From an uncultured bacterium (lineage in GTDB: Bacteria > Margulisbacteria > WOR-1 > CAVSGV01): a stretch of DNA of 32,000 nucleotides. Below, one piece after another: positions 26,665-32,000 of the stretch (position 1 is its first letter; each line of letters starts with the position of its first letter). Under the pieces are notes generated by a model, which saw only the letters and a program-made list of their open reading frames with translations, was not told the DNA's origin and ran no database searches. A program made the translations under genes and the position numbers. Location: positions 120,001 to 152,000 of the forward strand of contig OY969425.1 of NCBI GenBank assembly GCA_963699255.1, given 5' to 3'.

Positions 26665-26687
26665 CCCCTCTCCTAACAGGAGAGGGG
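26665..26687. terminator. Perfect 10-bp inverted repeat downstream of glgA; possible terminator or REP-like element
   Basis: CCCCTCTCCT-AAC-AGGAGAGGGG, 21 nt after the glgA stop. No T-tract follows, so terminator function is uncertain. Confidence 0.5.
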
Positions 26688-26755
26688 AGTTGCGAAACTA
26701 GAACTAGTAGATTATGATACTATCAATCTTTGGGGTGAGGTAAGGAGGGTTGAAT

Positions 26756-26995
26756 ATGAAATCAACAACGGCGTATATATTGATCGAGGCGCTACCGGGA
26801 AAAGGGATTGATCTTGTCAATATCGTGAAAGAGATAAATGGAGTTAAAACGATCCATCTGGTCACGGGTCCTTATGACGTGATTGCGTTCGTGGAAGCTC
26901 CTGATCTGAAGTCTCTTGGCGAAATGATCGTTAAGAAGATCCAGGCGACGGGCTTTGTTGCGAGGACGCTGACCTGTATCACAGTCGAGCAGTAG
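26756..26995 (+). CDS. Standalone Lrp/AsnC ligand-binding (RAM) domain protein
   Basis: TTAYILIEALPGKGIDLVNIVKEINGVKTIHLVTGPYDVIAFVEAPDLKSLGEMIVKKIQATGFVARTLTCITVE; no HTH domain. ATG 26756 sits behind AGGAGGG and is preferred over TTG 26750. Confidence 0.88.
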   Translation: MKSTTAYILIEALPGKGIDLVNIVKEINGVKTIHLVTGPYDVIAFVEAPDLKSLGEMIVKKIQATGFVARTLTCITVEQ

Positions 26996-28514
26996 CAGTT
27001 CTTTTCAGTTCTTTTTTGTGGGATAGCTTGTTTATTGCGTTAAGGTAGGCTTTGGCGGAAGACACAAGTATATCCGTGTCAGATCCGTGCCCCGAATAGA
27101 TGTTCTCTCCGTCGCTGATCCTTACCATGACCTCGCCAAGCGCGTCAGTTCCTCCTGTTATTGCCTGTATGACATAATCAACAAGCTTTATCTTGACCTT
27201 TGTCAGTTTTGTTATGGCTTTGTAAATGGCGTCCACAGGCCCCACACCGCTCTGGGTTTCTTTGATGGGATTCCCTTTATATATAAGCACGACGGCGGCC
27301 GTCGGCTTTTTCACGGTTCCCGCCCTGATATCAAGTGATTTAAAACTGTAAGCCTCAGGAATAACAAGTACCTCATCGCTCACCAGTGCTTCAATGTCCC
27401 TGTCGGAGATGTCTTTTTTCTTGTCCGCAAGCGTTTTGAACTGGGCGAACGCTTTTTCCATTTCTTCCTTTGAAAGATCAAAACCGATCTCTTTAAGCTT
27501 GTTGATGAAAGCGGCTCGTCCCGAGTGCTTTCCAAGCACCAGTTTTGATTCGGATATGCCGATAGAGGCTGCGTCCATTATCTCGTATGTCCTCTTGTCT
27601 TTCAGCATCCCGTGTTGGTGTATGCCGGACTCGTGCGCGAAGGCATTGGAACCGACGATCGCTTTGTTCGGCGGAACGATCATTCCCGTGAGGCTGCTGA
27701 CAAGTCTGGAAGTTTTATATATCTCTTTTAAGTTGATATTCGTCTTCGCGTCATAAAAATCCCTTCTTGTTTCTATCGCCATTACCACTTCTTCAAGAGA
27801 GGCATTTCCCGCGCGTTCACCTATGCCGTTCATGCAGCACTCTATCTGCGTTATGCCTTCCGGTATGCATGTAAGCGAGTTGGCTGTAGCAAGACCCAGG
27901 TCGTTGTGGCAGTGTACCGAGAGCTCGACGCTTTTTATGAGCGGGACGTTCTTCACTATATTCCTTATTATTCCGCTGTATTCTCCGGGCATTTTGTATC
28001 CGACCGTATCCGGAAGGTTGATTACATTAGCTCCGGCGTTTATGACAGCCTCTATGATCTTATATAGGAAGGGGAGCTCGCTTCGGCCCGCGTCCTCGCA
28101 GGAAAATTCAACATCCCTGCAAAGGCTTTTCGCGTATCTTACGCTTTCAACGGATATCTTTAAGACCTCATCAGGGGTCTTTTCAAGCTTCTTCTGCATA
28201 TGAATGGGGGAGGTCGCGATAAAGACGTGTATCCTAGGCTTATCCGAATATTTTACGGCATTCCAGGACGCATCGATATCCTCTTTGCGTGCACGGGACA
28301 GGCTACAAATGACGGGGCCTTTTACCTTCTGGGCTATTTCTTTTACCGATTCAAAATCTCCCGGCGAGGATATGGCGAATCCCGCTTCTATAACGTCCAC
28401 GCCAAGGCGGGATAGCTGCCTTGCTATCTCAAGCTTTTGTTCGCGGTTCAAGCTGGCGCCCGGTGCCTGTTCACCGTCGCGAAGGGTTGAATCGAATATT
28501 TTTATGGTCTTCAT
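26979..28514 (-). CDS. leuA: 2-isopropylmalate synthase
   Basis: IKIFDSTLRDGEQAPGASLN, VELSVHCHNDLGLATANSLTCI, QIECCMNGIGERAGNASLEEVVMAI, SGIHQHGMLKD, C-terminal LeuA regulatory domain. ATG 28514 is likelier than the upstream start at 28565. Its 3' end overlaps the convergent Lrp-like gene by 17 nt. Confidence 0.95.
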   Translation of the reverse strand: MKTIKIFDSTLRDGEQAPGASLNREQKLEIARQLSRLGVDVIEAGFAISSPGDFESVKEIAQKVKGPVICSLSRARKEDIDASWNAVKYSDKPRIHVFIATSPIHMQKKLEKTPDEVLKISVESVRYAKSLCRDVEFSCEDAGRSELPFLYKIIEAVINAGANVINLPDTVGYKMPGEYSGIIRNIVKNVPLIKSVELSVHCHNDLGLATANSLTCIPEGITQIECCMNGIGERAGNASLEEVVMAIETRRDFYDAKTNINLKEIYKTSRLVSSLTGMIVPPNKAIVGSNAFAHESGIHQHGMLKDKRTYEIMDAASIGISESKLVLGKHSGRAAFINKLKEIGFDLSKEEMEKAFAQFKTLADKKKDISDRDIEALVSDEVLVIPEAYSFKSLDIRAGTVKKPTAAVVLIYKGNPIKETQSGVGPVDAIYKAITKLTKVKIKLVDYVIQAITGGTDALGEVMVRISDGENIYSGHGSDTDILVSSAKAYLNAINKLSHKKELKRTATARL

Positions 28515-28700
28515 AGTGGGGTAGATTTTATCACCTGAGGGAGGAAATCTCAAGGACGAAATCACACGGTCATTTACACGCCTTAATTTTAGGACATGAG
28601 ACTTGTAATATCATGCAAGTATAATAAAATAGATAGATCAATAAATCACTTTAAATTATGTGACCGGGCAGGAACGACGTAAGACAAATATGGGTTTATC

Positions 28701-29912
28701 ATGAAAGTCATTGCTTTACTGTTTGAGGCGAGTGAGGCGGTAAATTTTTATCGCATATTGCAGCCTTTTGGCTATCTGAAGAATGTTCTGGGTAAAGACA
28801 TATCCATATATAACCTCGAGAAGAGTCATGATAAGGAAAAGCTGCGTGAAGAATTAAATTTAGCAGATATAGTCATTTTTCAAAAACCTTACACGGAGAA
28901 TCAATATAAATTAATCAAGGCGATCATGAACAGGAAAGACAAAGATCAAAAAATTGTGGCAGATTTTGACGATGATGTGTTCAATATTGGGCCTTGGAAT
29001 CCTTCTTATAGCTTAATTGGGACTAAAGAGGTCGGCGATCTATATTTAGAAAAGCAACAAGTTGACGACCTGATGACCATGATAAATGAGGATAACAAAC
29101 AACTGGTTCAGACAAATCCGGACGGATCAGCGATCGTTTACATATGGAAAGATAAGCACAAGTCTTTTTTGTGGGGGGGGCACGTTGAAACCTTTGATAT
29201 TGCGGCTAATCAAATAAGATTAAATAGGATAAAAAAAATCATGCTAGAAGTTGATCTGTTAACAGTGACCACCCCACAGTTAGCAAATGAATTAAGGAAA
29301 TGCCGGCCCCAGGGCAGGATAACTGTCATGCCAAACCTGGTGGACTTTGACAGATTCCTCCCAATGAAGAAAAAGAATGACGGGAAACTGAGAATTGTAT
29401 GGCAGGGGGGTGTATCCCACTACCTTGATCTTACAATGGTGAAACAGGAGCTGATCTCTTTTGCCAAGAAGCATTCGGAAGTTGAATATGTCTTTCAGGG
29501 TTCAAAGTTCCCGGCGATCTTTCATGAGATCCAAGATAGGGTTAAATGGATCCCCTGGCACTCGGATATTCACACCTATCCCTTATCATTAAGAGAACTT
29601 TCTGGAGATATAGCGATATGTCCTTTAACGGATGACACTTTCAATAATGGTAAGTCGCCTCTCAAGTGGGAAGAAATGAGCGCAATGAAAGTCCCATCGG
29701 TTTGTTCCCCTATGGTTTATGGGAATTTTATTGAACACGGGAAGACCGGATTCATAGCCCGTCAAGGCGAGTGGGGAACTTACCTGGAGAAATTACTCGA
29801 TCCCGATCTAAGGGAACAGATCGGCCAGAATGCTTATAATGCTGTTAAAGAAAAATTCTCATTAGAAAATGCAGCTGCGTATTGGTCAGCCCTTGATGGC
29901 CTGTTTTCCTGA
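28701..29912 (+). CDS. GT-B fold glycosyltransferase
   Basis: ALLFEASEAVNFYRILQPFGYLKNVLG, VADFDDDVF, LTVTTPQLANELRKC, VMPNLVDFDRFLP, LRIVWQGGVSHYLDL, FQGSKFPAI, GDIAICPLTDDTFNNGKSPLKWEEMSAMKVPSVCSPMVYGNFIEHGKTGFIA. Confidence 0.8.
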   Translation: MKVIALLFEASEAVNFYRILQPFGYLKNVLGKDISIYNLEKSHDKEKLREELNLADIVIFQKPYTENQYKLIKAIMNRKDKDQKIVADFDDDVFNIGPWNPSYSLIGTKEVGDLYLEKQQVDDLMTMINEDNKQLVQTNPDGSAIVYIWKDKHKSFLWGGHVETFDIAANQIRLNRIKKIMLEVDLLTVTTPQLANELRKCRPQGRITVMPNLVDFDRFLPMKKKNDGKLRIVWQGGVSHYLDLTMVKQELISFAKKHSEVEYVFQGSKFPAIFHEIQDRVKWIPWHSDIHTYPLSLRELSGDIAICPLTDDTFNNGKSPLKWEEMSAMKVPSVCSPMVYGNFIEHGKTGFIARQGEWGTYLEKLLDPDLREQIGQNAYNAVKEKFSLENAAAYWSALDGLFS

Positions 29913-29933
29913 TTTGTGGTGCTTGCGACGTTC

Positions 29934-30902
29934 TTAAGTGTGTTTTTTGCTTTTTATTTTGCCATTTTCAATGTCTGTGATCAGGCTATTTTCAGGGTTT
30001 GTATATTCTTTTTCATAGTACTTGGCTTTGGGGAAAGTGACATCGTGTTTTTTTGAATTACATGAGGCATTATTTACTGTCTCATCGATGGCAGCTTCAG
30101 TATTTCGTGGGTTCTTTTTTATATGGAACATGATATCAGAGGATGAAACTTTGGGCCTGGCTTTAGATCCTTTGTCATTCTTGTAGTTATTTTCAAGAGT
30201 ATGAATTAGAGTTTTGGCGTTATTAAGCACGGTCTCAGTATGTTTATATTCTCTCTTAAAGTACCAGGCGTCAGAGATTGAGATGCCCAATTCTTTAGAA
30301 ATTTTTGGTACTTGAGCATTAGCATTTTCTAGGGCAGTATCCGAGTCTTTATATGCTTTCTCATAGTACATGGCAATATATTTAGGAACTTGATGCTTCT
30401 TCATATGAGAAGGAATGGCGTCTACGGCGATTTTTAGGCGTTTTTCGGCTTCATCATATTCTTTTAGATAGAACATGACATAGGAAGGTGGGACGATTCC
30501 TTTCCATTTTTTCACCAGCTTTTGAGCAAGATCGAGCCAGACATGAGGGAATGCTTTCGTGTGAATAAAAAAGAACATATCGGTGGGCGAAAACTTAAAT
30601 CTGTTCTTCATGTATGTATGGTAAGAAAAAGGCAGGAACCTTCGCATAAGCAGCGCCTGTTGTTTGTTAGAGAGGTCGCTATTTTGATATTCAAATATCA
30701 TGTCATGCATAGCTGTGGCCATGCCGAGCGTTGCCTTTGCAATATCAAGAGTCGTTACAGTTACAGGATCAGCAAAAGCATATACGCAATCGGAGTACAG
30801 GATCCCTCTTTTGGAAAGTTCCTCCAAGGCCGCCAAAGGTTCCAGGACTAAGCTGTGGGTTGCAATGCCTGCAAATTCGATCAATTTGCTTTCATTTACC
30901 AT
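29934..30902 (-). CDS. Uncharacterised Lys/Tyr-rich protein with degenerate ~35-aa TPR-like repeats (probably the 3' part of a longer, frameshifted gene)
   Basis: Repeated units such as VPPSYVMFYLKEYDEAEKRLKIAVDA, VPKYIAMYYEKAYKDSDTALENANA, ISISDAWYFKREYKHTETVLNNAKT, VSSSDIMFHIKKNPRNTEAAIDETVN, VTFPKAKYYEKEYTNPENSLITDI. Confidence 0.6.
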   Translation of the reverse strand: MVNESKLIEFAGIATHSLVLEPLAALEELSKRGILYSDCVYAFADPVTVTTLDIAKATLGMATAMHDMIFEYQNSDLSNKQQALLMRRFLPFSYHTYMKNRFKFSPTDMFFFIHTKAFPHVWLDLAQKLVKKWKGIVPPSYVMFYLKEYDEAEKRLKIAVDAIPSHMKKHQVPKYIAMYYEKAYKDSDTALENANAQVPKISKELGISISDAWYFKREYKHTETVLNNAKTLIHTLENNYKNDKGSKARPKVSSSDIMFHIKKNPRNTEAAIDETVNNASCNSKKHDVTFPKAKYYEKEYTNPENSLITDIENGKIKSKKHT

Positions 30903-30918
30903 ATCATATTTGCGTTTT

Positions 30919-31149
30919 TCAAAGCGTGATGAAGGATGTTTCTTTATCCATATAAGATTCTTGGATCAGGGAATTTTTAATAGGCTCTTCAAGACAGGAA
31001 ATTTCTTGCGGCAAATTGCCGTTCTTAAAACCATATTTTGATTCTTTGCCGGCAGCTTTTTTTGCGGTATTAAGTATCGGCCTTACCCTGAGATAAAGCT
31101 TGCTCTCCCGAGCGTGCTGGAATTCCGCGTTCGTTATCATATACGTCAT
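30919..31149 (-). CDS. Short ORF, likely the N-terminal part of the 29934-30902 gene in another frame
   Basis: ATG at 31149 is preceded by CACAGGAGAACGA (good SD). The downstream ORF start at 30902 has no SD, and its frame is open back to the TGA at 30966-30968, so the frames overlap. Confidence 0.45.
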   Translation of the reverse strand: MTYMITNAEFQHARESKLYLRVRPILNTAKKAAGKESKYGFKNGNLPQEISCLEEPIKNSLIQESYMDKETSFITL

Positions 31150-31212
31150 TCGTTCTCCTGTGGTATTTATCGAAAGAAATCAGAGGGAATTTCGGATTTA
31201 GATGTGAATTTA

Positions 31213-32000
31213 TTAGATGCCACTTACCGATAGGCCGAAGATAAGTATGGACGGGGAGCCGATGCTGCCGCTGTGCGGGAAGAACATTATATCTGAACCT
31301 ATCTCATCTATATGATTGAGGATGTCAAATATGTTCCCGGCGAGGGTCATTCCTCTTACCGGCCTTGTTATATCGCCGTTCTCTATCAGGAAACCTGAGA
31401 ATCCGATCGAGAAATCCCCTGAGATCGGGTTTATCGTATGAGCGCCCATGATATTCGTCACCAGCAGCCCTTTGGACATGCCGCTTATTAGTTCGTCCTG
31501 CGTTTTGGATCCTGGCCTGACATATAAGTTGGTCGGCTGGATCTCCGGCTGTGACTTGAACGAACCCCTGAAAGAATTTCCCGTTGATGACATTTTGCTC
31601 TTCTTTGCCGTGTAAGAATTGTGAAGGAAAGACTTTAAAGTCCCGTCCTTTATTATGGCCGTTTCTCTTGTCGGGACGCCCTCATCGTCATATGGCACTG
31701 AGGATGTGCCGCCTTTCAGAATTCCGCAGTCAATCAGGTCCAGTTTAAATGACGCAACGCGTTTATCGATGGCATTGGTAAAGATCGATTTGCCCCTCTG
31801 CACAGATTCAGCCGAAAGGGCAGGGGCTATTGCTGAAATTAGTATCGTTCCGGCATACGGGGATAATAAGATCGGCGATCTCCCGCTTTTTTCCTGTTTG
31901 GCTCCGAGCATCAGCGCCGCTCGTTTTGCGGCTTCCTCTCCGATGTATTTTGCGTCAAGGCCTTTGAAGGCGGTCGAGAATTTAAGCCACGATCCGGTCT
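31213..32000 (-). CDS. TldD/PmbA family protein, C-terminal part; N-terminus outside the window
   Basis: Frame continues beyond 31911 to the window end (TGSWLKFSTAFKGLDAKYIGEEAAKRAALMLGAKQEKSG...). Motifs LKSFLHNSYTAKK, TNLYVRPG, GLLVTNIMGAHTINPISGDFSIGFSGFLIENGDITRPVRGMTLAGNIFDIL, GSIGSPSILI. Confidence 0.88.
   Translation of the reverse strand, partial: TGSWLKFSTAFKGLDAKYIGEEAAKRAALMLGAKQEKSGRSPILLSPYAGTILISAIAPALSAESVQRGKSIFTNAIDKRVASFKLDLIDCGILKGGTSSVPYDDEGVPTRETAIIKDGTLKSFLHNSYTAKKSKMSSTGNSFRGSFKSQPEIQPTNLYVRPGSKTQDELISGMSKGLLVTNIMGAHTINPISGDFSIGFSGFLIENGDITRPVRGMTLAGNIFDILNHIDEIGSDIMFFPHSGSIGSPSILIFGLSVSGI

Noticed and set aside
28515-28565. N-terminal extension of LeuA (MISSLRFPPSGDKIYPT)
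   Set aside because: Canonical LeuA proteins start close to MKTIKIFDSTLRDGEQ; the extension is probably untranslated leader.
28600-28650. Candidate promoter with TATAAT upstream of the 28701 glycosyltransferase
   Set aside because: TATAAT is present (AAGTATAATAAA), but I find no well-spaced -35 partner; the only TTG-like hexamer is 11 nt away.
1-32000. Defence, toxin-antitoxin, prophage or biosynthetic gene cluster
   Set aside because: No recognisable nuclease, toxin, integrase, capsid or megasynthase gene; content is polysaccharide, glucan and housekeeping genes.

Overview
Bacterial chromosomal window, gene-dense and mostly + strand. Blocks: (1) ~1-6.6 kb, surface polysaccharide genes: partial rfbA, rfbB, a frameshifted glycosyltransferase, an O-antigen-ligase-like membrane protein with a TPR tail, and a polyprenyl glycosylphosphotransferase. 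(2) ~6.6-13.4 kb, housekeeping genes: SpoU-family rRNA methyltransferase, pheS, pheT, mutS. (3) ~13.4-14.6 kb, a PilX-like secreted protein rich in SGNT motifs. (4) ~14.6-26.6 kb, an alpha-glucan/glycogen cluster: three different GH57 enzymes, galT-like, CBM48 protein, DUF4912 protein, a sugar nucleotidyltransferase fused to a degenerate phosphohexomutase domain, and glgA. (5) A standalone Lrp/AsnC ligand-binding-domain protein, leuA (minus strand), a glycosyltransferase, a minus-strand protein with TPR-like repeats that is probably frameshifted, and a partial TldD/PmbA gene. No rRNA, tRNA, CRISPR array or transposase was recognised. The most notable items are: (a) a repeated two-hairpin intergenic element at ~1.55-1.65 kb and ~16.76-16.85 kb with a compensatory stem change, plus a related hairpin pair before pheS; (b) a mutase domain that has lost its SHNP and DGDGDR signatures, encoded between the branching enzyme and glycogen synthase; (c) a compact CBM48 + DUF4912 pair inside the glucan cluster; (d) a divergent protein with ~35-aa repeats; (e) two apparent frameshifts. 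I do not see convincing evidence for a wholly new defence or mobile system.
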